NCBI GenBank assembly: GCA_964057225.1 | Contig: OZ059898.1 | Coordinates: 13,082,001 to 13,146,000 of the forward strand | DNA from: Auanema rhodensis | Taxonomy: Eukaryota; Animalia; Nematoda | DNA length: 64,000 bases | Direction of reading: 5' to 3' | In this document: one piece after another, positions 23,865 to 37,608 of the stretch | Layout of the letters: each line of letters opens with the position of its first letter | How positions within the stretch are numbered: the stretch's first letter is position 1 | Notes under the pieces: generated by a model | Database searches by the model: none | What the model was told of the DNA's origin: nothing | What the model saw: the letters and a program-made list of their open reading frames with translations, nothing else | Translations under genes and position numbers: made by a program

Positions 23865-26076
23865 TTACATTGTCATCTGTCTTCCTCTCATCATTCCTTC
23901 ATCAGTAATATTAATTACAACTGGGCTAACTGATTGTGAGCCCATCGTTTTCGGAATTTCGATAATTTCCTGAAATTCAATTCATCATCTGATTCTGTTA
24001 CAAGCTTACAACATACGTGTTTGATTTCGTTTTCAAGGAACTCTCGTAGATGGTTAACTTCTGATGGTGGTCGAGGTATTGTTAATTGATTGGTCATTTC
24101 ATCGGCTATAAGAAGGGCTCGGGGATAAAGTAAAGTTTGATAGCTAAGTAGCTTACCTTCATTGAAAGCATCATTCTCAAATGCATTTCTGGGATAAAAG
24201 TTAGTTTGTGTATTAGTTGAAGAACATGGCAATGAGTTTCTTTTTGATGTTCCAACCTGTTCATGTAGTCTGCGTACTTCCTGTTGACGATTACGTGAAA
24301 ATAAGCTGGAAATCAGATTGATAATAATATTTAAACGATAGTCTAACCTGGCAACAGATATGCTACTCAGTCTTTCTCGTATATTTTCTAGTAAAGCTTC
24401 TTTTTCTTTCAAATCATCCAAATGTGGAACCATAATGATTTTTGATTCTTGAGGAATTCTGAAAAAAATAAAAAATTTCCAAAACAAATTGAAATGTGGG
24501 ACTATGTACTCAATATGGCTAACTGATTCCTTAAGATGATAGTTTGGCATTCGAGAAGCTTCAGCGGAATATAATGGTTGAGTCTGAAAACTAGTCATCT
24601 TATATAGTTATCTTCGGATATTTGGCTGTGAAATTTAAATAATTAGATGAAAACTAACATCAGCATTCCGAAAGCGATCCATAGACATTGGTGGAGGATT
24701 GTTATAGCCTTCATCAACCATCTCCAATCCAACCTGAAAACAGAATTATCATTTAAAACTTAAGTTTGACCATATCATACTCCAAAGTTACGGTCAATCA
24801 AGCGGTTGCTCTCGAAATCATCATCATCCTCACCAAATGGATTCAGCATAACTTCAGCTATCTGAAATTCTTAAGGAAAATATTAGTCAATACGTTCAGA
24901 CGTACCTTCATCCATCCCATGTAGAAAATGAATTGTAGAGATCCCATTACAGGAAAGTATATATCAACCTGAACATAAGACCATAATTACAACTTGGAAA
25001 TAGTTTGAACAACCTGAGTATCATGAGTAGCATGAGCTGAAACAATGTACTGTCGAGCTATGACACTGATAAGGAAAAACGTATGTACAGCTAAACAGAC
25101 AAGTTGTGGATAAACCAAAGGAATTGGACACCAATCATATGCTATAAGCCATGATAATCCAGCTCGAAATGACATGATGGCCTGAGAAAATTGAAATTTA
25201 GATTGAGTTCAGAGCATGATCGTACATTTTCAATTTGAATGAGATAGAAATCACTCTCTATCCAGCCTCTCTTACGAGCTTCATATAAACGATTGAGAGC
25301 CCAATTGAATACCATCCAATGTTTACCAAACTTCGAATTAAGAGAATCAAAAACTTTTTTTTCCTCTGGGTGCATATATCCTAAATTCAAGCTGTAGAAT
25401 TCCAAGTTGAAAAAGATTAGTACCAGCTTCGACAACAGAGTCAATAGTTGGAAAACGTCTTCGAGTTTTCATTGAAATATCCCGAAAAACAAGTATCTGT
25501 CCAAGTGAACAGTATCTAGAAATATTTTAAATTAACTTACAGTTTTTAATGATATTCAAAACAAACAAAAAAGAAATGAAAAAACCTGAAAATGGTACGT
25601 CGAAACATTATAATTTCTGGAGTTTTTCCACGTACATATAAGGATATTTTGATAGCAAAGCTGTAAAAATATATGTAACAAATTGTAGAAAAATAGGTTT
25701 TTTCAAACGAACTTATCAATAAATCCAATAATTTTATATAAAGTTAGCCATCTAGTTAGTATAGCTGTTACAAAGAATCCCAGCATAAAATTCAATGGAA
25801 TATATGATAATCCATGATCACAATATACAATTGCAACTTCGAACATTCTTAAACAAACAAACAAATAAACAAACAAATAAACAAATAAACAACATACCTT
25901 TGTTGTGCATCATTCAAAGCAAAACGATAACATAAAGAGATAATAGTATATAAAGCTAGCCAAACAAGTAATTCCACAATCACACATCTCCATATACTTC
26001 CTCTCCATTTAAAAAGTAATTTAAATAATGTCCACGGACGTGAGGTTGAAACAGATAAGTTATAGTTGATTGTCAT
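23865..26076 (-). CDS. Bestrophin chloride channel
   Basis: [71 protein letters not shown]; final exon ends ...GRQMTM*. Confidence 0.95.
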
Positions 26077-27107
26077 ACTGTAGGCAGGCTTATTTCAGTT
26101 ATTTTTTTGAATTAAAAATTATAAAATAGATGTTATTCATCAAATACAAAGAGCGATTGTCTTTGCTTATATATAACATAGATTATGTACTATACAATTC
26201 TCGTATTTGCCTCCTCCCCCTTTTCGATCTGACCACTGATGTGTCGATGAGAAAGTCTGAACTCTGGTTTATGATATACGATATATTATATTATAAATTT
26301 GAATATTCGTTTTAATAATATTCTGTCGTAAATAGAAGTACTTTGGATGTTCCATACTCATGTACGAACTATCATCATTTTCAGTCAAACATATCCTTTT
26401 CTCCAACCCGATTCTCATAAGTATCAGCAAAAATGAAATTGATAAAGCATTCTGACTTACTCGTTGTGCTATACTATGATTGTTCTATGATGTTCATAAT
26501 GATAATGAAAAAAAATAATATCAATTCAATCGTTTCCGTATTCATTTCTCTTCAAAATTCAATGAAATATAAATTTTCATAACAGTAATCATGACAGCTT
26601 TAACAATAGAATCAAATATATTCTATATATATACTATATAGTATACATACTATGTATCAACTAACTGACCAGTCATAAACAGACCGATTAGCATAGTAAT
26701 ACTTCTCAAAATGTCACGTTTTTACGTGAAATCCTCAGAATTACAATACATTTCATCAGTTACGTGACATTCACCAATATTTCTATTTTAGATCTACAAA
26801 TGTGAATGTAGAAGCGTAGTAAAGCATGGATGATCATTTGGTTAGAATAAACGTTTGATTTTTTTCTTATTTTTACTATTCAAATAATATTTTTAATATA
26901 ATTTTAAAAAATTATGTAAATTATTTATTATTTTAAAGCGAGCGAATCAGTAATGAAATCACAAAAAATTGTTTTTTTTTCTTAAATTACTTGTTGTTAA
27001 AGACTAATTATTAAAGTCGTACTGTATGTGTACCGGTTAAGAAAAGAAAATTTTGTTTCTGAAAGCTAAAACTGAGATAAACGTTAGCCGGAAGAAGAAG
27101 AAGAAGA

Positions 27108-27150
<43 letters not shown>

Positions 27151-27422
27151 GAGAGTTGAGAGAGAGAGATAGAAGGAGTGCTTTAAAACGGAAAAGATAA
27201 AAGGAATTGTTTATAGTTTTGACACATAAAATCCGAATATAATAATTGATTAGTTCAATTTTAAATAAAAATTGATCTAATTGGCAATAAGAGTGTATGA
27301 AGTTGATGAAGATGAGGAAAGCAATGATGGTGGGATAAAAATTAAAAAAAAACATACAACATACAAGCTACCTGAACAGTATTTTTTTCAAAAAAAAAAG
27401 TTATTATTAATAATTATATTAT

Positions 27423-29189
27423 TTATAATATATTTGTTATTAATAATAGTAAAGCATATTCAAAAATTCGAGAAATTAATGATTTGCTAGTAGACGAATA
27501 GAAATTTACGGAACAATCTATCCTATGCAACGGTACTTCTGTCAATCGTGCTCCATAGAAACGATCAGGAGAAGCTCGTTCACACACCAAAGTACTCTTT
27601 TGACGAATCTAAAATTACTATATGATTATAAATATTTTATTTTTATTTTAGGATTTGAATATTAGAACAAGAAAATAGGAATTGAAAGTATTAAGAGTTC
27701 TCTATCACTTCAAGCTTTTATTAAGATGACACACTGTCGTTAAGTCCTAATATTCTAATAGTAACTCCCTATTGAAATTGCAAAACGAAAAAACAACGCT
27801 CTGAGCTGCATAAAACTTTTTTTTTCTGGCTGTCCCATGTCATTTAGTGCATCTAAAGGACATATGAAAGGAACAAAACAGGTTATTGGACACTAATTTC
27901 ATAAATCCATCTATAAGCTTTGCTCAAGTTTGAATGACAACTTGGAAAACTTTCTCAAGAGAATAAAAAAACTGATGGCTTAGGCTTAATCGAAGTTAGT
28001 TTGACAGAATGCAAAGGAAAAAGAGGAGTTTTTCTCGTAATTTTCATCAAAAACTTACAACTTTAGTTGATCGAATCCATTTGATGAAATCTACGCTATT
28101 GCAATCACAGTAGAATGGATTACGAAGTAGAATTGAATCTTCAAGACATTTATCAGCTAGTTCCATGAATTCTGGAGTTAACCTATTCAACTGATTTCTG
28201 AAATTAATTAGAAATAATATAAGAATTATAAATATTCAATCTTCTTCTTCCTTTTTTTGGTCAAAAAAAACCGAATAAATAATCGTGACATAAACGTGAA
28301 AAAGACCAATTTGCATAGGCTTCTCGCTTTGCGTACGTATGTTTTGGGTGGACGATGATGAACAATTCACGTGAATATGGTGTGAAGTTCATTTTGTATT
28401 CAAATGCTATGTCATACGGTTGTATTGTGGTGCGAACAGCTTATTCTGTATTATACAATTTCTAAATCATACCTGTTAAGATTAATAGTTGTTGCTTTAG
28501 CAAGACATGTAGCATTCACATCAAAGGATTGAAGGAAATTCTGTCGTAAATCGAAATGTTTTAATGATGGAAATGGACATGGCAAGTCATATGGAACTGA
28601 TGTTAGGAAGTTATAGGAAAGATCAAGAACCTGAAATACATATGAAATGATTATGAGCTAGAACAATGGCTTTGCTTACCTGAAGATTCAATAGATGAGC
28701 ATTTCGGAACATATCCATGATATAGGAGAATTGTACTGTTCGATTAATGGTGGATGTGAAGGCACGGCGAAGATAAATCTGAAAATCATGAGCAATGGTG
28801 TGAATGTGATGAAGCTAAATGAGCATACCTCTGTAAGGTGCGGAGTATGAGTTAAGAATGTTGAATCTGAATCTTTCAATACTATCTCATTGTTTGATAA
28901 ATCCAATATACGTAAGTTTGGCATTCCTTTAAGGGCATTTGAATGCAAATTTACTAAAAAAATTATGAATATATCTCTAATTGACATGAAATATCTATAA
29001 TACCTATGTAATTGGCTGAAATATTCAGCGTCAATAGCCGATTGTGGACTGTTGAGCCGAATAGTGAGGTTGATGGCAAATCTTGGAAATTATTTCCATG
29101 AAGCGTTATACGTTCTAACGCCCTGAAATTACAAAATTTATTAAGGTGAACATTCAGAAGAATAATGAGAAAGAAAGAAAGGGAAAGAG

Positions 29190-29278
<89 letters not shown>

Positions 29279-31058
29279 GAGAGAAAGAGAGATGTCGCAT
29301 GTGAGACAAAAAAAGCAAAACTTCTAGAATGGCCTACGTGATTTCATACAAAGAAGAAAAATCTTTCAAGAATTTTTGAATTTCGTTGAATATGATAATG
29401 AAGCTTTTGTTATTTGTGTGAAACATCTCTAACATTTCAACACTATTGATCAAACGTTCATATAAAATATTTAAGGAAATGAGTCTGACGCTTCTCTTTC
29501 GGCCTTGATTAGTTTCCGGCACAAAAAATCTTATCCGTCTGTTAAAACAAGTTGAAAAGCAAACTGAGCCAACAACAAAGTTGATTCAAAAAGTTTAGTT
29601 AAAGCAAATCGTCATTGATAGATGGCATGCCCCCTCCATTTTGCCCACACTCCGCATATGAATTACAACAGCATATGTGAGATTATTGGAGTAACAGCAT
29701 TAATACATATCAGTTTATCTTATATTCGATTACATTGCTCCAGAACAAATGCTGATACTAGCTGGTGATGAGGATAAGGATGAGGATGAGGATGATGTCA
29801 ACGACATGCTGACAGATGTTAATAATCGTTTCAGAGATGTCGCAATCAATTCAACTCATCTCGATTTGTGCTGACAGCAAGCAATCAAACAAGCTATAGC
29901 TTATACATAGTAGCCTTGAGCTTAAAACTTTGTGAGAAATTACAACTTACTTATAATGATTGTTGATGTTAATAAAGATTTCCGTATCAACAAATTGAGC
30001 ATTGATGCATGAAAGTTCTTCGTCTTCGACACAGGTACAAGCAGCATAATCGGCTAATGAGCCGCGACACATATAATGCGTAGTTGGATCCTGAAGAAAG
30101 TAAATGTCAAATATGATATTAGATTTCATATAAAATAGTTATTTCAGTTGATTTCTGGGTATTTTCTTTCATTTATATGCTGTCTAATTGGAAAACTACT
30201 GAATGTTCCCATGAAAAGACGCCAGTTTGCGAGTTACTGATGTTACACCTTAATCTGGGATCAATAGTTCAGAAAAAGTATGCTGTCTTATACTCAAATG
30301 GGAACGAATTTCAAGCTTGAAACAAACAAAAGGACTTTGAGCATAGCATTCATTAGATCAAATTGGCGTTATTGGATGCTATTTATCTTTTGAAACTAGT
30401 AAATAAAGGGAATAAGAATAAGAGAAAAGGAAAGAAAAGTGAGGGAATGGTTGAAAGTGAATGGGAATGAGAGAGAAGAGATGTTTCAGTAAAATGAAAA
30501 GCGCTCAAGTGAAAGTTCATGTGAAAATAGCTTCCGTAGTCAGGCTGAAATTTGTTTCAGCTTCAACCAAATATGTTCAAAGACAGGATATCGGGTAACA
30601 TAACGATGTTGCTGCTGCTCCTACTACGGCTGTGGTAAAGAGAATAGCATTGAACTTGTGTGACTTAATGACAAGCAAAGTCGAATAATGTGAGATTGCA
30701 AGTGAGTAAATGAGTGAATGGTTAATGCCATGATTTTGAGAGAAAAAATAGCAAAACCTGCTAGTTCTACGGGCAAGTTGGTATTGACATTCAGAAGTCA
30801 AACAGACACAGCCTTCTCTAGTATATGGATTAAAGATAACTTTCTGAGCTTGAATGAAAGAGAAAGCTTATATGAGATGTGGGTGGAAAAGGAAAATATT
30901 TTTTGGTTCTAAATAGAAGATATATATAGATACTAACCTCTAGTGAATAACGGGGTCGATCACGTTCACGAGCAGTCGCATATGCTGTCCCATCCCATCC
31001 CAAAAGGGAGAGGAAGACGAGTAGTAGCGCCTCCGGCGATATAGTGATTTGTTGAAGT
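27423..31058 (-). CDS. Extracellular leucine-rich-repeat protein (lron-like), hydrophobic C-terminus; ATG exon lies further upstream and was not located
   Basis: Signal-like ALLLVFLSLLGW, N-cap CxC..LSC, LRRs (LERITLHGNNF, LRILDLSNNEI, VLDLSYNFL, LKHFDLRQNFL), LRRCT NPFYCDC...FIKWI...LVC. Confidence 0.85.
29193..29291. repeat. Long (AG)n microsatellite in an LRR gene intron
   Basis: About 80 nt of pure GA repeat. Confidence 0.95.
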
Positions 31059-34000
31059 CTGGTAATGAATCAAGATATTATCGTTTTCTGATGACCATGT
31101 AGCCAAAAAAGCATATAACACGAAAAAAATGGTTAAAACGAACACAGACAACAAAAAATGTGGAAAATGGGAAGAAGGAACATAAGAAGTGCTCGAGGCA
31201 ACTTCATGAAATTAACTGATTTTGGCCGTCTAAGCGACGTAATATAGAGAGGCAATGTGATGCGGCAGCATAGTACTCTTCTCCAAAATTTCATTAACAG
31301 ATAATGATAGAGGAAGTCAAATAATAGCACAAAGGTTTCAATTTCCATAATCAAAAAAAATTACGAAAAAAACAGATTTAACTCTAAATATTAACCAAAA
31401 ATGTTATTTATTCGAAAAGAAGAGAAAAAATTGAAGAAAAATTGCTTGAAATATGAGAAACCACGAAATACGGACAAGACTGCAAATAATTTTTGTTCTT
31501 GATGAAGGAAGAAGATGAAAAATTAGTTGAAAGGCAAGACAAGTGAAGTAAAGGAAATACATATTACTGATGTTGAAGAAGAAGGAATAAGAGATTGTTG
31601 TGAAATAATTGCAATTCTGAGGTATTTGTATAAGAGTTAATGGAAAGATTTCACTGAAAAATGCTGGGTTAACTCACTAGATGATGTTATGAGACAACTA
31701 ACTTTGCTATTTTCCAGTAAAATTAAGTTTAATTTCAGTTTGTCATGTAAATCAACGAATGGTCAAACAAAAAAACAAAAAATATTCAACTTTAATGTTT
31801 TAAAATGCTGAAACTTGACAAAACAAAAGAAAAAAAGAATAGAAATATAAAACTTGGTCATGGGAGCTGCGGACAGCAGAAAGCGGAACAGCTGGATGAG
31901 GTTGGGTGGCAAAGCTTTCCTGTTATAATCTAGGTGCATTAAGCTCAGTCTACATTTGGCTAGTCAACGCTTTCAGCCTTCAGACCACAGGACGTAATAG
32001 ATGCTTTTCATGGGGCGGAGAAACCCCCTACCCTTGCTCTCTTTCCTCTCACTCTCCATCTTCTTTCCTCTCTCTCCTTCTCTTTCATTTTGTCTTGTGG
32101 GGTGCTTTCCGGATATATAGCATCGATCGCTGACCACACCAGAGATGCAGAAGGAGAATAGAGCAGACGAACAGAGAACATGGAAAGTCATGTAAAGAAA
32201 AAAAATCTTCAGGAATGATAAGTCAATTGGCACAATTCATTTCATCTTTCGAGCTAACTGTTCCATTCATTTCACGAATCACGTGGCTGAGACAGAGGCG
32301 TATAACTCTCAAACTTCAAAATGTTTGATTGTGATATGTGTTAAAACAAGTTGAAGAAAGCAAGCAGTGAAAACAGAAAAATAGGCTGCTTAGGCAGCTC
32401 TCTATATATTTTAACTGACGATTTTGCACCAAATATTTTGGAGCAAGAGGAACAATAAAAAAAAGGTTCGAAAGAATAAAATAAAGATATGTATATAAAA
32501 AGTTGGAAATAGAGCGAAAAGACTAAGAAAAAACAAATAAAAACAATAGTAAAATAAAGAAAAAAAGAGAGAAGAACAATGCAAGCTGGCAGCATAGCAC
32601 AGCAGAAGCAAATTGAGCACTGGTCCATTAGCAACAATTTCATTTGTTACAAGACTTCTAGATAAGGGCTTACTACTCTCTGCTCTTCCTTTATGCTCGC
32701 CAGCTCTTCTCTACGTTGATGCTTCCTTCAACAATTCTATGTCTACTTCTCTTCGTTACTCGTCTCTCATTTTCAGGATGTCGACTATCCTCTTCATTTG
32801 AACGTTAGCTTCGAGTTTGTGTATGAATCGGTTGCAATGATGCTGTCTACTGCATAGCCTGACAGCAGGATAGCCATGAATCATGCTGAAAGAGTAATTC
32901 ACGTTGTGTGAATACCAAGGCTTAGCGTTGTACTTGAGCAGTTGGTTCGAAATCTACAACGAAAATCTAACAAGTATCCCCAAAGGAAGAAGCATTAAGC
33001 ATCATCATATAGCTAAGCCATCCATTAAAAGTTTGTGGATGAAATTGATAGCAAAGCATGGATAATGAAGACTGATGAATCAAGCAGATGAAAGCAAAAG
33101 AGCAATTCGTCTAGTTTATGGCAAGTCTAGAATATCACAAACAACTGGAACTAACGTGTGAATATTTAGTATATAAACTACACACTTAAACATAGAAAAA
33201 TAGAAAAGCTAGTTCTAAAGCTAAAGCGTAGATGAATAACGGAGTAAGACACCCAAATTCAGGACATACAACGTCGATAAACCACATATGGAATACGAAT
33301 GAGCTTGAGAGATGAGGAGTAAACGAGGGAAATAGAGAGAGAAAGAGTGACAGGGAGAGATAGCGAGAAAGAGGACAGGAAGGGTCACAAACCATGGGGT
33401 GAGAGAGCAAGATGTCGGGGCAGTGCTAGCAGCAAGCAGAAGACTAACTGTCTCCCAGTTTGGTATTAGGCTGATCAGCACAGCTGTCCCCCGAAGGCTG
33501 TTAGCCATAAGGATTGAGTATTGAGCGGCCAAGCAAAGTGGTAAGTCGGTTTAACTGAAGCGGTGAATAAGAGAAAGTAAAATTCTGAAGACAAGTCAAT
33601 GAAAAAACCGAAAAATGAAAAATCTTCGTCGCTTCATCGTCTCACACCATCTGACGACGGCAATAAGAATGTGGAAGAAGACAACCAGACATCACTCGCA
33701 CATATGGATCGTCTGCTCACAGCCTCATTCTTATATTGAAAATGCAGTAACTTTCTATTTTAGTGTCTCAAAACGAAAAGTTTAGAGATTAACTGTCCAC
33801 TGTGTCTTATTGCTTCAGGAAGAAATAGAGCAGATGGGTCTATTGTCAAAGAGAAACGAGACCACATATATACAATGACACAAAAGATGATACATAGATA
33901 CACATGCACGGGCTCACAGAAGGAACCGACTAACTACAGACTGAGCAGTGGAAAAGATGCTGCCAACAGAGCAGCTTAGATCCAAATATGGTAATTAGTG

Positions 34001-37000
34001 CTAATACATTCATTTAGAGTCTCTCGAGAGTGGTCCTAGCATCAACGACATGTACATACATATGAATCTAACAAGCCAAATAAGATATAATAATGACTAT
34101 TTTCCACTGGATGGATTATGCGTAATACAAAATTATGACTACATGCATATGCGGACAGCGGACATTGACTGAAAATAGAGCAAAATATGAAGTTAGTTCA
34201 AAGATAATTTATTTAATTTAGATATATAATATATAATAATAAAAATATATATATATACAACTGTGAATAAACACTCATTGACAGCTCTAGCTAGTTGCTA
34301 CTAACTCTAAAAATTTTTTCTCTTTCTCTTGTGCTTTTTAGTTATCTTCTTACTTTGATTTCATCACATGATTCTCATTAAAATTCAAAAATAATATATA
34401 AGTAAGTCAATTTGTATAATGACATATAGTTTATCTTGAATAAACATTCAAACAAAATTGTTTTTATGCACCTTTTGTGCCCAAAACATCTCCTCTACTT
34501 CGTTATCATCTTTCTAAAGACGATGATCATTATAAAACAACAGTGACAGATAGAATAACGAAAAAACATTCAAAACAGGATATTCTGAATTTAGATTGGA
34601 AATTTACGTCAAAACCAACCGTTCACATTTAGTTTTAATGAGAAAATGAAAAACAAAGGTATTTATAATATGTTATATGCTAATGAGTCACGTGGTAAGC
34701 TTCACGTGGCTGGGATTAAAGATTAAACTTTTTTCTTTGATTATGTCAACAAAATAAAAATTGGAAATGATATGAACATAAAAGATATTGTATACTAAAT
34801 ATATAATTAAGGATATATGTAAATAGTATAATATATGCATAGTTAATAGTGAATGAGAATATGACATGTTATCATGAAGCTTATTCGAAAATATGATTAG
34901 GGCTGTTGAAAATTGAATAAGATAGCCAAAACTCAACGTAAAATCCATTTAATGTAGAAAAAGAACAATTGCAGTGACCGTTAACATCTAAATGTTTCCA
35001 AATTTCAGAAAGTTAAAGGCTGAAGAGCAAAGTGCTATGTTTCGGACACGACTTCGTCGGCTTTTAATCGAGGCTCTAATAACTCATCGAAGCAAAGTTT
35101 ACAATGATGAAAGAGCATCTACTAGCATAATGTGTGTTTGAGTGTGAAAAGGATGATGATGAGCAGGAGAAGATGATTAGAAACAAGAGAGCATCTATCT
35201 TGAAATGAGAAGAAGAGATCGTTTGATAAAAGGAATAAGAGAATGCTAAAGAAAGAAAGAAAGAAAGAGAGAAAGAGAGAGAGGGAGAGAGGGAGAGAGA
35301 GAGAGAGAGAGATTGAAAAGGGAGGATAAGCGTGTGGAGGATTGTGAAAAGGAATATAAAACTAAAGAACAAGAAAGAGAAAGGATATGAGATGACATAA
35401 CAGTCTATACACTACTGGATGTAATAAAGCAAATTATTGAATTGAATTGAAATAATACAATGATGAAAATGAAAATGGCACGAACAATACGATGAAAGAG
35501 GAGAAACTAGATTAGCTCGGTAGAAGATTAGTCTATTCTTGAGTGATTTGTAGGAACCGATATCTAAGCAAAACAATATGTTTCTCCTTTTTTTTGATTC
35601 TCATACTCTACTTTTCTATATTAATAATCAAAGAAAACAAAAAAAGCATTAATTAGAAGTTGAACATAATGAATACAAGAGAGGGAGAACGCTACAGAGG
35701 GAAAGAGAAACAGAAAAATAGATGAGAGGTTGTGGTGGCCAATGAGTATAAGAGGGAAAGTGATTCTTGGGAAAATTAAATGAACACAAGTGTGGATGAA
35801 TGTGAAAGAAATGCTGCAGGATTTTTGGAAAAATTTGTCTATCCTGTAAAACAAATAATAAAGTTAAATGAATATGTTCAAGTAAAGAGACAAGTTGAAG
35901 TAAAAAAATAGATTATTTAATGTTTCCTTCCGGTTATATTCTTATAGTTATATACATAAGTATAGAAAAGAAAGTAGTGAAAACGGAGATAGACAGGAGG
36001 GAGTTTAAGAAAACAAGTGAACGGGAGGAAAAAGGGGAAATGCGGAGAAGGGAGAAGAAAAGCTGAGCAAAAAGTAGAAAGAGAGTAAATGCGAAAGGGA
36101 GGGAAAGAAGAACAAAAAGAAAAATACGATATTAATGAAGGTGCAAATCGACGAAAGAGACAGAGAGAGGGCAATAAAGAAGCTGAGATCTCTAACAAAG
36201 TAATTTGTTGGCAAGAAAAAACAAAACAAATCTATGAAAAGAGGCACAAATACATGTTTCGAGAGAATAACTAAGTATGTCGTTGTTTTCTGGTGCAATT
36301 AGATGAAGTTCTAAGTAAAATGATCCATTAGGAATAGGAAGTAGTTACAACATGCATAAGTTGAAGTTAAGAGTTATGAGATAGAAGTAACATGACTTCA
36401 AGCCTCAGTAGGTGATCTTTGCACTTTGCCTTTACGATATGCATGCATACAAGACCTTTTCGGAGCTTTTTTTCAATTCAATCTACCAATTTTGTATTCC
36501 ATAAATCATGTGATTATGAATATACACATAAATAGGTAGAAAATAGAAAAAAAAAGAAGAAAAATACGAGGAATATTGTGGAACAAAGTCAAAGACAACA
36601 CAATCTATTTGAGGTTGTTGCTTCCTATTAAATAGGCTATTTGTCAAAAAAGATAGAAGCAAGGAACCAAAAAATGAGTAGAAAATTGAATTCTGAAAAT
36701 TGATAAGTTCTTACGAGCTATCTAACAACTTTACTGCAAAATCGGTGAAAGTGAAATACGATTACGAAGATACTAAACTTCTTCTCAGGGGAATAAAACG
36801 GCAGAAAATCAGACTGGCAGCCTCATCTAAAGTGAATCATAGCCCCCCATAAGAAAAGTTGGAATAAAGATATAGAGAAATCATATGAAATAAATGAGAT
36901 TTATGAGATGAATAAAGCCATTTGCGTGTTTGTAACTCTTCTTTCGCGCCAAAATGAAAAAAATAATGATGAGAAATCTTGCAGAAAAAATTTGTCAGAA

Positions 37001-37558
37001 TCTTATCGAACTACATATGCATGTAAGTGGACTGCTGTGTTCTCTATTTTTTGCCAGATTCCAAATTCTTCTGCCTTAGTTGGCTTGCAAAAGACGGAGA
37101 ATAAAAGTGTAGTTCGGATCAGAGATTCAAAACTGGGATGATTCCAAAAAGCATAGAATATTGTGAGCAGAAGAAGAAAAAGAGAAAGATGCTGTACTCC
37201 ATGGAAACGGCCATCCAAATAATGGCAGCAGACAATACGGGGTTATGGCGGGGTTTTTTCTGTGTTTAAAACAGTTTTTTTTGTGTTTGCTAAAGGACGA
37301 TTTTAGCAGAATATTCTGTGAGCAATTTGGCTCATCCATCACAAAGCCTGGCTGACAACTAGGGATTTCTGAGAAGGAAAATAGACAGAAAGGGAGGAGA
37401 ATGAAAAAGGGTAGAAGTAGAAGAAGAATGTCAGAATGGAGACAAGAAACATAGCTTACGCGAATGAAATACAACTACTAAAGTCTAATTTTCAAGAACA
37501 TCTTGCTAAAGATACACACATATCAAACTCTGGAGAACTACGAAGATGGAGCATAAGT

Positions 37559-37559
<1 letters not shown>

Positions 37560-37608
<49 letters not shown>
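37560..37608. repeat. (AG)n microsatellite
   Basis: GA run. Confidence 0.9.

Noticed and set aside
27977-27988. GGCTTAGGCTTA, two nematode telomere-like units
   Set aside because: Too short to suggest a telomere-addition or DNA-elimination site
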